Source: Chiloscyllium plagiosum (taxonomy: Eukaryota). From it: DNA of 64,000 nucleotides. The stretch covers positions 47,039,867 to 47,103,866 of the forward strand of contig NC_057716.1 of assembly GCF_004010195.1 (NCBI RefSeq). The letters are read 5' to 3'. Below, piece after piece: positions 1 through 14,959 of this stretch. The notes under the pieces were generated by a model. That model ran no database searches, was not told the origin of the DNA, and was given only the letters and a program-made list of their open reading frames with translations. A program made the position numbers and the translations under genes. Each line of letters opens with the position of its first letter. The stretch's first letter is position 1.

Positions 1-300
1 GGACCCGTGGACACAGCCTTAGAATTAGAGGGGGTAAATTCAGAACAGAAATGCAGAGACATTTTTTCAGCCAGAGAGTGGTGGACCTGTGGAATTCATT
101 GCCACAGTGCAGTGGAGGCTGGGACGCTAAATGTCTTCAAGGCAGAAATTGATAAATTCTTGATGTCACAAGGAATTAAGGGCTACGGGGAAAATGTGGG
201 TGAGTGGAGTTGAAATGCCCATCAGCCATGATTGAATGGCGGAGTGGACTCGATGGGCCGAATGGCCTTACTTCCGCTCCTATGTCTTATGGTCTTATTC
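1..300 (+). mobile_element. CR1 (HER1-like) LINE 3' end
   Basis: AVEAGTLNVFKAEIDKFL C-terminus and tail ctcctatgtcttatggtcttat. Confidence 0.85.
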
Positions 301-1949
301 CAATACAGCAACAGCATCGAGTGCTTGGGGAAAGATACTTGCATACAGTAAGATGAATATAAGCCAAAAGGCTGTTCCTCCTTATTGAGTATAACAAGTG
401 CCATCCGGCAGGCTCTGACTAGCATTTGAAGGAACATGGGAATAAAACAATACAGGAACATGGCAGATAAACATGCTTAGGTTCGTGTAGAAGATAAATA
501 GACATCATCTCAGCCAATTTCCATTTTGTAATTGCTGCCCAATTTTATGAAGAAGTATTGATCACTGATAAGCTAGTAATTGAGCTATGGTCTCTTTTAA
601 CGTAAGCCACATGATTAAGGAATGAGTATGTATGACCATGTGGGCTTCGTAGCATTTTCTACATTACAACATTTCAAAAGTGATTTTGAGATGTTTTCTC
701 ACTGTGGCGAATGCTATACAAACAAGCATTTTTGACCCATGAATAATCCAACCATTTATTTAAATTTCACATCCCCATAATATTAATGTTAGGTGTCTCG
801 ACTGGACCTTGTGAACTGACTTGCTTTAACAAAAAAGCATCAGTTATTTATCTTGTGCATCAGTGTCCTGCATTTCATCATGACAAGAAAATAAACTAGA
901 TTAGTTACACCTTATAATGTTTACAAAGCCATCAACCTGATTGATATGCCTCTGGACACTGTATTCAGTCCCTCTGCCATTAATTTACTGCAATATGCTG
1001 TACTTTCAGAATACACTGCAGCAACTCAGCTAGCTTATTTCCTCAGGCCCTCCCATTCTATGACCTTTACCACCACAAAAGAACAGCTGCAATTACATGG
1101 ATTTGCCATTGCCACGAAAACTATGGCATTTCAAGAAAATGGGCCATTGTCACTATTGTAGCAACACATTACTGGCAGCAAATTGGGCCAGTGCTGTGCA
1201 CATCCAATGAAGAAGTTAAAACAAAACTGTGTGGACAGATGGGCAGCAGTGTTAGATGCCTGGAGTGAGTATGGCAATGAAATACAGTATGGTGATTACC
1301 TTAATAATGGGTAGTGCATGTGTTGGAGGCAGTCTGCAGTTTGCACTGAGACGTCACATGGTTATGAAAAACTTCCAATGTTTTTCAATGCAGAATGTGG
1401 CACAAATCATAGAATACTCACCATGCCCAACTCTTTGGTAAGTTTTATATGTGAGGGAGATAGGACACATGGATCCTACTGATTGAGGATCACAGAGTGG
1501 CTGCATGTGCTGTGTAACAGCTTTTGTTTTCCTCCTGCACTACTACATGCAAAACAATAAAAGGGCTATCATTAATGGAAATAGCATGATAAGCAGGGGG
1601 AGTCAGTGAACAGCTTTTAATATTCAAAAACAAGTCAAATGTAATTTGATCTTCAAGCATAAGTTACACAAGAAACGAACAAGTAAATTGTTGCACTGCA
1701 ATCAAGTATCTGCCCCAATAGTATAGTACTTACAGCCTTTGGGACATTAGTAATGATTATACTTTGAGTCTTTTGGCCTAGCATTAGGAATATTTATGCA
1801 TGCACACATGCCAATGTTCCACATTTCAGGCACAAATTGAAGTGAAATATGGAAAATTAGGTCCACTATGAAACTGTTATATCTTTTTAAGCCAGCAGGT
1901 AGGCAGTTTATTGCACCTTAAAATAATAACAGGCAGCATAAGTACTTGT

Positions 1950-4440
1950 GTAGCAGAAGTAGGCCATCCAGTCCATTGGTAATATTCCACCATTCAGTAA
2001 GATCATGCTTGACCTGAGAATTCAAGTTCGCTTTCCTGCCTTTACCCTTAATCCTTGATTCCGTTACGGTTTAAAAATCTGTTCCTGTCAGTCTTGAATA
2101 TACTTAATCACATAGCGTCTATAACATTCTACAGTAAAGAATTCCATAGACTTACGACCCTCTGAAAAGAAAGTTGTCCTCCTCTGCCTTAAATGGACAA
2201 CCGTCTGGCCTTGTAATGTCTGACAAGAGGAAAATGACTTGCCCCCTTGCATCTACCATGCAAGTTCCCTAAGAAACTTTATATGTCTCATTAAGGGCAC
2301 TTCTCATTCTTCTAATTTCCAATATATACAGGCTCAACAAATGCAACTTCTCCTCGTAAAGAAACACTCCATATCGAGGATCAACTACGTGAAACTTTAG
2401 GCAGTATATCAGTGGTGGGGGATCGTCTAGAAACAGTTATTTGGGATGGAATTATTAGTCACACAGAAATAGGTTGATAAGGAAGAGTCAGCATGCATTT
2501 TTAAAGGGAAATCATGTTTAACTAACTTGCTATAATTTTTTGAAGAGGTGACTGTCTCAATCAGGGCAAAACTGATGTAGCTTTAAAGTTTTAAATATAA
2601 CACACACAACATTCTTGTGTGTCGAATTATAGGTCATGGCATAAAAGCGACAGTATTAACACGAACACAAAGTTGGCTGAGAGACAGGACACAAAGTAAT
2701 GGTCAATGGATATTTTTCAGGCTGGAGGAAGGTTTGTAGTGGAGTTCCCCAGGGTTAGCATCGGGATTCTTGATTTTTCTGATATAAATTAATGATTTGA
2801 ATCTTGGTGTACAATGCACAAATTCAAAATTTGCGCATGATGCACAACTTTGAAGAACTGTATACTGAGAGGTGGACAGTGTGGAACTCCAAAAAGATAT
2901 TTACAAGTTGGTGGATTTGGCAGATAGGTGACAGATTATATTCAATGCAGAGAAGTGGGAAGTGATGCACGTTTGCAGAGAGAACTTTGAAAGACAAACA
3001 AATAGGGGATACAATTCTAAAGTGGATGCAGGATCAAAGGGACCTGGGTGTATATGTGCATGGATCTTTGAAGGTGGCAGGACAGATGGAGGGAGCAGTT
3101 ATTAAAGCATGTAATGTTATTGGCTTTATTAATGGGATAGAGAGTGCAAGAGCAAGGAGATGCTGAAATTTATATAACATACTTATTAGCTCTCAGCTGG
3201 AGTATTATGTACAGTTGTGAATGCTGCATTATAGGCCTCCTTTGGTGTTGTAACAATTCTCTGCTCTTTCCTTAGATAAGGAGACAAAAAAAGCATTTCA
3301 CAGTATTCTGGATGTGGTAGAACTAATGCCTTGATTAAATCAGCAAGACTATTTCAATACTCCATTCCCTTTTTTAAAAATGTTTTCCAGTCTTCTGGTG
3401 CTTTCCAAAAATCAAAGGATTCTTGAAAGATTAGTGGTATAGCATCCACTATCTCTGTGGTTGCTTCCATTAATATCTGCTGATGCAACCCATCAGGTCC
3501 CGGGTGCTTACTAACCTTTAGCCCCACAAGTTTCCCTAAAACATTTTGCTATTGATAATTATTGTATTTAATACTATCTATGTGTTCTACCCTGTGACTG
3601 AAAAGTATTTATTCAACTTTCCCCCTTATCTGCCATTTCCACTTCGGCTGCAAAAGCCAAAGTATGCCTTGAGGTCTTAACATGACCCGGCACAAGTTTT
3701 GAGCAAGTACTGTATTCCTTTTGCTTTTGCAATGCAATTCTACATCTCAGCAGATTTTACTGGATGTGTTTTGAGAAACAGCACATTCTTAAAACTAACT
3801 TAAGAAAGAGAATTTGTTGATATGGTTAATTTTGTTTCTCTTCATCCAAAGCTCTCTCTTTGTATGTCCATCTAACATGGAGTACCATGACTTAACAATC
3901 CTCCATAGTATTTCTTCTGCAATCTATGTAAAATCATAACATTTGAGATTGATACCACTTGCTTTATCCAACACCTGCCAAGTTGGTTTTAATTTACCTG
4001 GCATCTGCTAACCTTGTTTGAATTCAGCCTTTAAAGTCCCCTTATTCCTGGTGAAGCTGTTCCTTCTCTAACTGACCCATCAGATTGATTCCAGAGATGA
4101 GGAGTTTGTCTTATGAAAAGAGGTTCGGTTTAAGTCCATATTCTCTACCATTTAGAACAATGAGAGGCATCTAATTGAGATGTACAAGGTTTTAAAGGTG
4201 GACGGAGAGCATATGTTTTCCCCTTGTGTACAATCTAATTTTAGAGATCATGGTTTAGGGCAAGAGGTAGCTGATTTAAAAGAGAGGAGGAAGAATTGCT
4301 TCTCTCAAAGGGTTGTGAATCTGTGGAATTCAGTATCCCAGAGTCCAGTAGATTCCGAGACATTGAGTAAAATTAAGGAGAGCTGGAAGGATGTGATGTT
4401 GAGGCTGAGATGAGATGAGATCAGCTATGTTTATATTGAA
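1950..4440. mobile_element. Cluster of decayed CR1 fragments: about 1950-2400 (-), 2400-3235 (+), 3240-3640 (-), 4070-4440 (+)
   Basis: RT-like motifs (agtcagcatgcattttt, ggagttccccaggg, aaatttgcgcatga) and the FSQRVVNLWNS C-terminus (ORF 4180). Confidence 0.75.
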
Positions 4441-4548
4441 GATTGTATTGAGAGATCACAGTTTAGGATTAGAGGTAGCAGATTTGAAATAGAAGTCATG
4501 TGTCCTCCATTAATATTTCATACCAAGCTTGGATATTCTTTTAACCAT

Positions 4549-4588
4549 AATGGCTAAAAGATCATACTCAATGGCTAAAAGATCATAC
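4549..4588 (+). repeat. 19-bp direct repeat with 2-nt spacer
   Basis: aatggctaaaagatcatac-tc-aatggctaaaagatcatac. Confidence 0.9.
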
Positions 4589-4699
4589 ATTTATTTTATT
4601 ATGAATACTATGTGCATTCAAGTAAAGAGCTATTAGTTTTGCTTTTTTATAATTTTTTTGCCTTTGATTCATATTTTCTGCTTTTAATTATCTTTGTAC

Positions 4700-5700
4700 A
4701 TTCTGTCTCTTTTCGTCCCAACCTGGATATCATACCAAATAACTGCCCAACAATGCTGTCTTTCTTTACAAGTCAATTTTTTCTCCTTCCAGAACCGTCT
4801 CCCTGCTATTCAGCCCTCTCTACTACCCTGGATATTCATTTAATCAGGGTTCAAGTATGATTCAAGTGAATCCTAATCCATCGTAACAACACCCTTCTGC
4901 ACCAATACTGGTGCCAGTCTAGTGAATTGAAACCCATTCTTTTCACACTAACCTTTGAGCCACACATTTAATTCCTTGACTTTATTGACCTGAGTCAGTT
5001 TCCCCGGGGCTGAAGAAGTATTTCTAAAATCTTGGAGATTTTGCTTTCTAACTTAAGTTCTAATTGTTCACATTTTTTCAACAGAACCTCTTGGAAAAAG
5101 ACTTATCAATGTCATTGTTACCAATGTGGATGATGACTGCTGGATCCTTCTCTGCCCACTCCAAGTTCCTCCTCAGCTCTGAGAAGATGTCCTTAACCCT
5201 GATACTGGTTAGGAATACAGATTTCAGGACGTGCACTCATGGTTGCAGAGAACAGTATCTATCACACTAATTCTGCTATTCCCTGCCACTTCTATGTTCC
5301 TGTTTCCTTGAATGGCTCCATGTCCATAGTGCTGTGGTCAATTCTCTCATTATTCTGCATTCCCCTCTCTCTCGTCTACATAGCTCGCAAGGAACTCATA
5401 ACTGTTATCAATTGCTGGGGCTGAAACTCCTTGAACTTTACCCCTGAATCCACATATATGCTTCATCTGCCATCACCCACCCATGTTCCTGATCACAGAC
5501 CAAATTTGATGGCCTAATTTTGAGGGGTGTAACCATTACCTGATGTGGTGTAGTGTCTGCAGCTTGAATTCCAACTCCTCAACTCTGATCTGAAGTTTCT
5601 TGAGCTGCACACTTTGTATAGATGTGTTTTACCTGGATCACTCTGGTGTCCAGCAGCAACACATCACCTGTCCTGCCATCACTATCGGACTTTATTTATC
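4700..5700 (-). mobile_element. Decayed CR1 5'/ORF1-region fragment
   Basis: Visible similarity to the 5' part of the long CR1 at 54350-55200 (e.g. ggatccttctctgcccactccaagttc vs ggatccttctcctcccaatccaagttg). Confidence 0.55.
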
Positions 5701-6179
5701 AGTTAAATATTCTAGGATCCCTACTGTTTACACGTGAAGAATCCCCTGACTCTTTACACTTTATTTTACTCAATTCTTATCATACTGTACTTAACCATTC
5801 TTACCTGTAAGAAAAGGAAGGAAAAGAAAATGTGAGACACCTAAGCACAAACGAAAGACCTTACATTAACTTTAAAGACTAGAAATACTCAGCAGTCACC
5901 TGCTTTCCCTGCACTTGTGTTACGTTGTGGTTCATGATGTCATTCTGCAGCTGTTCTCTCTGTAGGTAGGCCTCTCGATACAGATCTTTTATCTTCTTTT
6001 GCTCGCTTCTTGCTCTATTCACAGGTCTCTTGATCCACACCTTTTAACCTCTCCTGCTCCCCCTCACTCTGGAGACTCCCTGCTTTAAACCTTACTTTGA
6101 GCCAAATTCCCAGATATACTCTCAGCCTCTGTCTCATTCAGATATATCATTTTACATTCGAGGCCTACAGGCCAGCATT

Positions 6180-7200
6180 GAGGATTAATTCTCTTATTTG
6201 TTGCCATATTTAATCTGAACTGACCCTGATGCAATTATCTGTAAGCCATCCATGGATGTAGTTATTTTTGATCGGCTTTATATTTGTATGATACACTGAC
6301 AATTTGTTATATAGTTGAAGTCATAGCAATATTTTTTGAAGATAGTGTAGAGAATACAATTAAATACAAAGACCAGCTCATGTACACCCATACAAATATC
6401 TAGCAACAGATTATTTGCTCGCTTTCAATCAAACTTCTATCTCTGCATCTCCAGCAACTTCATCCTTTTAAATGGCCGCTTTGTTCCATGAAAAAGACTC
6501 TAGATTTTTTTTTCTTTGAAAAATTGAGATAAAAAGTAATTTTGATTTCATTCTTCTTGTACACTTTTAACATGGCATCAAAATCCCCTTAATAGGATAT
6601 TTTATTGTACTTTTCAAGTGGCAACATTGTTTTGATCTATTTGAACAACAGTGGGTGGGATCAGTTAACTTCTCATGCTACAAATCCAGTTATTTTATCC
6701 TATCATCAGGACGTCTCTTATTTTCTGTTACATCAGTTCCATGCATAAAATGAACTTGAGATTTGGTAGATAAAACTACCTCGAATGCAACCATTATGCA
6801 TCAAATCTGTAGAAATCAATTGATTACTGAATAGGTAAATTAATTGTTCTGTTTTCAATTCCATAATTTGAGTCTTTTCCCTCAAAAGAACATAGACCAG
6901 GCATTTTTTTCTTAATTTTTGACATGTCAATTTTAACAGATAATAAAATCACTTAATGTGCGGATTGCAGTACCAAATTTCAATTGCCAGTAGCTTCTTA
7001 CGTACTACTAGACTTTTTTTTAATATGCAACTTAAGCTGCATATAATGTTGTAAAGTTTTGAATTTGACTTTTTAAATACTGAAACCATGCACAGATGCA
7101 ACAAATAATAACCTCAAAGGAAATCTCTTTGTGCAGTGTGAAATGAGTTCCTGCTGAATGTCTTAATGCATCTTATTGTGAATCTTCTACAAATAAAACT
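6180..7200. promoter_or_regulatory. Candidate conserved non-coding block; second candidate at about 7690-7860
   Basis: TE-free, high-complexity AT-rich sequence with homeobox- and Sox-like motifs. Inference only. Confidence 0.3.
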
Positions 7201-8204
7201 GCATCTATGAGCTCATGATGTGAAGTGGCAGTAGAAAGTCAAAGGCACTGTGGGAAGCTTTTTATCTTCCCAGCAGTCAGATTTCTAGGAACGTCAGTGC
7301 AGCCACCGTAGTTACCTGTAGATTACTTGTATATTCCTCCTTCTGAGTCCTGCAATCTAAGTCACGATGAAGCATCATTAGGGGGCTGAGAAGAGAATGG
7401 GAAGGATTGGACAATTTGGTCAGGAAAGCTACATGTTGTGAACTCCCAACACATCATTTCAAACTGTATGAATACATTCTTATACAGTAACAATTACCCG
7501 CTGAAGAGTATATTCATAGAATATAATAATGGAAGAATGTAATTGAAAAAGCTACAGTTCTGCATATTTGGTACATAAGAAAAAACTATTTTTCTGTTAT
7601 TTCACAATGTTTGTAAGTTATAAGTAAACTGAGCAATTTTTTTTATACCCATTTCCCCTCTCTTGGAGGACGTAATACAACCTCATATAATTTAAATGAT
7701 CTGTTCACACTCACAGGTCAAAATATGCCAAAATCGACAGAAATTACCAGTGTAATTGCAACTAGGTGACAATAAAGCTACCTCCCTAGGGAACCTTGAC
7801 AGACTGTTGACAACTGTGCAGTTGATCTTGGTTAGCTGTACTGTTGAAACTAGTTTGTTCCAATATGATGATATGGACTGGTCTAAGCCAACAATGGCGA
7901 TTTGCATGTTGTTTTATATATTTAGAAAATACTCAGAATTTGGCATTGATCAAGTTCTTAAAGGAAGTTATAAAACTAAAATTATTATAGTTCTAATGCA
8001 ATGTGTATAATTTAATAAAATGGCAAAGCTTACGCACACACATAATTTCTTTACATAGGAGAACATGACTAGGAGATGTTAGATATGTTGAGCAAAAGTA
8101 CTTAATTGTTGCTCGGTTATCCTTCATGGATTGCATTCTTTTGAGTTTACTTTTAAAAGTTTTTTTTATAAGCGGTGCACTTTAAAGATAACTATCAGGT
8201 AAGT

Positions 8205-9640
8205 ACATAGAGCATAAGATATAGGAGCAGGAATATGACATTTGATCCCTCAAGCCTGCCTTGCCAATCCATAAGATTATGGCTAATCTACTCAGACCTC
8301 AACTCTCTTCTTATGTGCCAGCTCCTCATAGCCTTCTACTGCTTTATATTTCAAAACTCTGATTCCCAGCTCTTTAAATCCTTTGTGATCTAGCCCTCAC
8401 AACTCAGTGGAGTAGAGAATTTCACAGACATTCACTATCATCTGAGAAAAGAAAATCCTTCGCGCCTCCATTTTAAATGAGTGCCCCTTTATTCTGAAAA
8501 AACTTCCCCAAGTTTGATATTCTCCCCTTTGTGGGAGCGTCTTCTAAACATCTAGCCTGTGAATCCCCTCAAAGTTTTGAATGTTTCAATAAGGTAACCC
8601 TTCATTGTTCTAAATTTTAATGAATAAAGATTAAACATTTTGGTCAATCTTGATAAGTCAATCCATTCATCTGAGGAATCATCCTATTGAATCTCTTCAA
8701 CTGCCTTCAGTGCCATTGTATCCTTCATTATATACAGGAACCAAAACTGCACACACTACTTGAGATGTGGCCTTGCCAGCACCATGCTCAGTTGTAACAA
8801 GGTTATTATAATTTTAGATTCCAATCCCTTCACAATATAGGCCAAAGTTCCATTGCTTTCTTAATTACTTGTCGCACCTGGATGAACATATTTTGTTACA
8901 GCACAAGGACTCATAGACACCTGTGGTAGTTCTTGCTGTTTGTTTTTGTATGTTGCCAATTTACACTCACATTGATCTTCTCCCTTTTTCTTGGCTTTTT
9001 GGTCTTCTGCTGGTCGTTCCTCAAATAGAAATTCCAATCTTTTAGATCATCACTAGGTTTTGTCACTTCTTGTGCCTTAAACTTTGATTAGATACCCTTC
9101 TTGACCACCCTTGTTAGCATTAGGTTGTTCATTGATCTTAATGTGTTCTTTTTGACCAGAATAAATTATTGCTGGTTGTTAGGAAATATCTGCTTAAATA
9201 TATGCCACTATTCATCTACTGACCTTCTGTTAATTTTACTTCTCAGTTTGTTTTAAACAATCATTCTTCATATTTTGTAATTGCCCTTTTTTAAGCTGAG
9301 GACTTTGGCTTACAATTCAAATTGCTTTCTTTCACATTTGAAATTTCACTATGTGGTGATTGCTAGCCCTTAGAGGATCATTATCTACAAGATTCTTATT
9401 AATCCTACCTCATTACACATGACCAAATCTAAAATAGCCTGTGCCCAGACAGTTTGTGTAACATCATGTTCTAAGAAACAATTCCTGATGAATTATATAA
9501 ATTTGTCTACTTTATTAACTTTGTTCATCAGATTTGCCCAGTCAATCTGCAGGTTAAAATCCCCAATCACCTTTGTAGTGTCCTTCTTGCGTGTCTCTAT
9601 TACTTCCTGGTTTTTAGTTTGTTCTACAGTGGAGTAATTG
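8205..9640 (-). mobile_element. Decayed CR1 (3' end and endonuclease-region pieces)
   Basis: ORF 9493 (-) contains VIGDFNLQIDW (APE endonuclease); 3' tail at 8205-8280. Confidence 0.75.
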
Positions 9641-12600
9641 ACAGAGTTAATTCTATTAATGTTCAAATATCTGACGTATGTAGTAAAATGTACATATTTT
9701 ACTATGTATATAATGATGGTTGATTGGTTAATGAAAGGTAAAAACAAATTGTTCTTTTCTCTCATTCTGCATGAACGTAACCAAACATGTCCTTATTTGT
9801 TATCTCACAATCAAATTTCAATAAGAATTTACAGATTAAGAAGACCTGAATTTTTGACATACTTTATCTCATACTTTTCATGTTAACGAGAAGTGGTTCA
9901 ATGGCTATGCTGTTTGAAGTGGAGATTAGCCAGGATATTTAACCCATGCCACCAAATTTGAAAAATATGCAATAGACGACGACAACTTTAACACGAACAT
10001 TCAAGGAAATTTTTTTAGTTCTTTGTAAGCATTGTTGTGAGTGATAACTTAATATGTTCCACATGAAATATTTATTCCTTTTCCACGTCAGACTGTCTTG
10101 GATGCTGAGAGTGTACCAAAACCATCATTTAAGATGAAAGCAAAAGCAAAGAGATGAAGGGCACATGTAACGTGAAGCAAGGATGTTCTCTTGCAACATT
10201 CATTTTCATTCATCAAAATATAGGAACTTCATTGACACTGGTAACTATTCTGATAAAACAGTATGAACTCAAAGTAATAGTAGTCATTTTGTTTGGGTTT
10301 TCTGTTGTATGTTTTGTTGTCAGGTTCCTTTCTATTTATATTTATGATCCACTTTTTTGTATAAAGGTGAAAAAATGTATATTTATTTTAACATTAAAGT
10401 AGTCTAATTTAATGAAACGGGAAAAATAATTAATTAAAGATGCCCAATTTATGGAAATAGATCCAGGTACAGGGTGAAGAATAAAGAGGGGCAGTTTATG
10501 TAAAATAAATAATTGAATGTCAAATATTCAATGGATACTTAATTTTAATAATTAATTAATTTTAGAAACTTTAAATTAACTGTTGCTGATCTCATACCAG
10601 CACCATGACTGCCACCGCTGACAAACTAATTAACCCCAATTTATTTGTTTTCTATTATTTTTTTGTGTCTGCCTCTTATTTTTCTCAATTACCTTTCTAT
10701 TTTCATCTTGCTCTATTTTAAGATTTTCTTATCTTTTCATCTTTATGCTTGCTATATACATACCCAGGTGATGGATAGTCATTGTCCATTGGACCAATGT
10801 GAATACAACATAATCCTGTCATGGTCTGAGGTTTTGATAGCCCTTAGTTATCCTTTGACTTAATGCTTAGACTCTCAGGGAACGAAAGACATCAGATATC
10901 AGTGGAAAAAAAGTAGCTCCATGTGTTGTTTTTGACATGAGGATTATGGAGATTGTGGGAGGTTGTGTGTTATATTTCATGGAAATATCACTGTGGCACT
11001 AAAGAGGAAGTGGTGGGTCTTAACGCAGTATCAAGAACCCTTAGAATGGTGGTCCCACCCACTGAAACTTGAAGACCATTTGGAACTGGCAGATTTTCAT
11101 GGAGTCACAGCTGAGGTTGATGCTTGTCGATTGCCCCAAGCCTAAGTGAGTATTGGGAGGCTGACTGTGGAGTGGATTTTGCAGGGAAGATTGGTTGGCA
11201 GCAAAGGAAGGACATATCTTTGTGAGCCTCTCGTTTGCTGCTGCTGCACCCCTAAATCAGGAAGGAATGTCTTTGAATGAGGACACCTCCATCACCAGGC
11301 ACTTGTAACTTTGATTATTTGGCCCTCTGTGATATTTCCACTGTTCTTTACAGCTGGCATAACAGTGGCAGTGAAATGAGGCCCTTAAATGAGTAGTAAT
11401 GCCTTCCTACCATAGACTTAATTGGTATGGAGCAAGGAAGGTGATGGGGACCCGACAGCATGCCTCCTCTCTGATTGATTTAATGCCGCCACCACCACCA
11501 AATTTACTACTGTGAAAAGGATGAAGTTCCCTCTCCATCTTCCTGTTTGATATAATTGCTGGATGCTTTCTTTTTAAGTAATAGGTTTTTTTTGTTGAAT
11601 TGGAATCAACATCTGTATTAGCATTTTAATGGACAGGTTATGAAGTTAAAATGTTTCTTCTAGAAACTGGACATTTCAATGAAATCCCCTGCCCCACCTC
11701 CATTTGCTATCCACTTTCTTATTCATTCTGCTGTCCAATAATGGGATATTGACTATCATGAAATACACTCAGTTATATTAAAAAAAAGACTTTTTTAAAA
11801 AAAATTGTTATTTGAAATAGCATTTGAGAACTGTGTGCAAGTTGTCTGAATAAAATTCCCAATTGGACCTGGTGTGACTGTAACCTGATCACAGAAAGCT
11901 AATAAGACTGCTCTATTCTGTAATCTAATAAATAAAACCATGGTTTGGAGTGGGGTGGTTGACAGTAGAAATACCTAGAAATACATAGTCAGTGGGTGGA
12001 GTCACCCCCAAAATCTCCAAATTGCTCACATAAAGTCATTCGTGAAGCTGACCCTTGGACAAAATGTTGCACCCTTAAATGGAATGGACAGAAGTGGTGA
12101 GGAGCCACACTCTAGGAAGGAAGCAGTTTGTGATTGGAGGAGCAAAGAATCTTTAGCAAAGCCAGGGCTGATGTTGAGGGAATTGGCATGAGAGCTGTGA
12201 GATGAGAAACAACTGAGTGGGTCAAGACCCTGGTGATGGATGGCAGCCAAAAGCCACCTGATGTGATATCTCACCATGATGAGATGTGGCAAGATATTAC
12301 TAATGCTCTGCCACGATCATGCTGTGATACTTATAATTAGCTCCTGTTATGTATGGGAAAGGTGTAGGTCATGTGAGAAAGAAAAACTTAGTGGACTTCC
12401 ATTATCTCATCTGGTGTCTACTTAGGTAAACTGCAGTTCCAAGCTTTTGAGCCTGGCTCAAGCTCCATAGTCCGGATGTACTGTGGTATGCTCCTTTCAG
12501 TGTCTAATGCTTCAGGAGAACAGAACTCGGTAAGATGGACACTGCGAACTGTGTACTATTAGGCCCCACACATTAATGCCCTGATAACATCATCAATATG

Positions 12601-14149
12601 CTGCTTGAAGATATATTGCATATCAGCTGCAGGACATAAAACAATGGTGTCGTTGATTGGGATGTGCGGTCTTTTGTTTGGCCTTTTTCTACATTTGGGC
12701 ATTCCACCTTTAGGTTCCAGGGTGGAAACATCAACCAGATGAGGGCAGGGATAGGAGCACAGGCAGTTATAGGATGCTGTGGGAAGTGCAAAGGTGTCTG
12801 TAAGAATGGCATGGTGCGGGTGTGCAAATATCTGCAGGAGAGTGGGGGTGAAACAATGCCGCAGGAGGGTGGAGCTGACAGGGATTCTGGAAAGGGAGAA
12901 CAGTTTGAAAGCTGTCAACACAAGTACTGAACAAACTGGGATCCAAGAAAACTTCATATCACTGAGATAATGAATTCATTGCAAATGAATTTGAAATGGA
13001 ATTTTAGGGTTATGAAGGTTTAGGAGCTAATATATTTATGTAAAAGAAGTGGATCTGACTATAATGGACACCATCACTTGTGTTTAAATCTGAGATTGAG
13101 ATCCAGTATGCACTAAATAAGGTTGTAACTGCCTGAATAAAATGTTCCAGTTCTGTGCTTGTGAAATGGAAATGCATTAAGTTGTGACCTCACCAGCGTT
13201 CAGATTTTGTATTCAGAGCGATGTCTTTGTGTGTAGGAAAATGAGTAGTTATTTTGGAGAAGTTATTTACTAACTTGCATACTTTTTATACAATACCAAT
13301 TTAAATATAGTGGTGTCAAGGAATTTACTGTTTTCCTTGTGTGCTGTAGTTTTAAGTTCAATAATTATCAACTCTCCATGAAAGATATTGATTCTGTGAA
13401 CATAAGATATGTGAACATAAATTCAGAGGAGTAGACATTATGTGACACCGTTACCTAGTGACTAAATTAGTGAGAGTGAAAAGTTGTTAACCCTCGAGCA
13501 AATCTCAAGAGGAGCTCTTGACAAAGAAAAAGTGTTTTGAGCTCTTAAGATGGGCTATTCACTGAGTGCCAGAATATGTCGTTTGTAAATTGTACTTTTT
13601 GTACGCTCTGCTAGCTGAGAGAGAACTGCAATGAAAATCAAGAAAAGCTTTTACATGTAGCAGTGAATAAAAGTAGCTTTTGTCTTAGTATGAAACACCA
13701 AGGCAAGCTTTTCAGCACTGAGTTAATTATATTCAAGAGTTTGCTTATGCAAGTGCAGCCATTATTTGCAGAGATTTATTTATTAATCTAAAAGATATTG
13801 TGGGATGGTACATTATCTGAATACATTAGATAACAGAAACATGACTTTTGAAAAGATTAAAAATAATTTTGTTTCCAAATTTGATAGGATTGTGTTCTCT
13901 TTTTCTACTCCATCTCTTCCCAACAACAGTGTTGCTTTCACTTCATCTGGTATGACATCACGGTGGAAGAGAAATATTCTTGGTATTTTGTTTCTTAATT
14001 TTTTTTTCAATAAATGACATTCTGATTGCATTATGAGAATGTAGTGCATAATTGAAATGTTATGAATAACTAAAAATAAACTTTCCTTTATCTTTAAGCA
14101 AGTTTTTCCATAACCTTATACTTTTTAAAAAAATCAAGCTGAACAAAGA

Positions 14150-14370
14150 TGTTACGACTCACCTCTAGAGCAAGGTGAGACTTGAAAACACACCTTCTGG
14201 CTCAGAGGTAGGTATGCTACCTCTGCACCACAGAACAGCTTTTGCTTTTTCTATATTTTTTAATCTACCTGTTCAGAAATATTGCTGAACACATCTCGAG
14301 CAGATGGGACTTGAACCCAGGCCTCCTGGCTCAGAGGTAGGAGTGCTGTCAATGCATGACAAGAACCCTC
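14150..14370 (-). mobile_element. Tandem pair of tRNA-derived SINE heads; a third copy at about 58435-58505
   Basis: Two units of about 90 nt share ctggctcagaggtagg; reverse complement contains B-box gggttcaagtccc. Confidence 0.6.
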
Positions 14371-14959
14371 TCTTTATTTTTTTTTTCAAAAACCTAATGT
14401 AAATAGAAGTAACTGTGGGCCACTTGCCCTTTGAAGCAGTTCTGCAATTTGATAAGATTATACTTCATCTCAGCCTCATCTTTCTACATTGTTGCCATAT
14501 GTATTGATTCTCATAGTTTCTTAGATAACGTCAGTTTCAGCTTGAACATATTCAACGACAGCTTCAAAGTCCTCTGATGCAGACAATTCCAAAAATTCAA
14601 TGACTGGCTCTTATTAGAGAAGAAATTTGCCCTAATCCCAGTCCTGAATGGTGGACACCTTAGCTGTGATTACTTCTCTGGTTTTAGTCTCCCCAATCAG
14701 GGGGAGCATCCTCCCAATGTCTAGTCTGTGATGCTGCTAAGAATTTACATGCTTCGATGAGATCTACTCTTTCATTTAAACTCTAGAAGATGTAGTAATG
14801 GTATGAACTTTACTATAAATGATTGAGGGATAAGTAATTCTTTGGTGTGAATTATTTCTAAACCTATCAACATATACTTTACTTTTTAATAGTAAAGCAG
14901 CTGTAAATTTATTTATGTAATTTTTAACCTAAACACACAAGTATTTCCCTTTATCTGCA

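Noticed and set aside
9736-9747. aggtaaaaacaa matching the family A terminus
   Set aside because: Only 12 nt in AT-rich sequence with no convincing TSD.
10900-12960. GC-richer stretch resembling decayed Harbinger-type DNA transposon relics (also about 36200-36460 and 37130-37720)
   Set aside because: No TIR pair, TSD or diagnostic transposase motif could be read with confidence.
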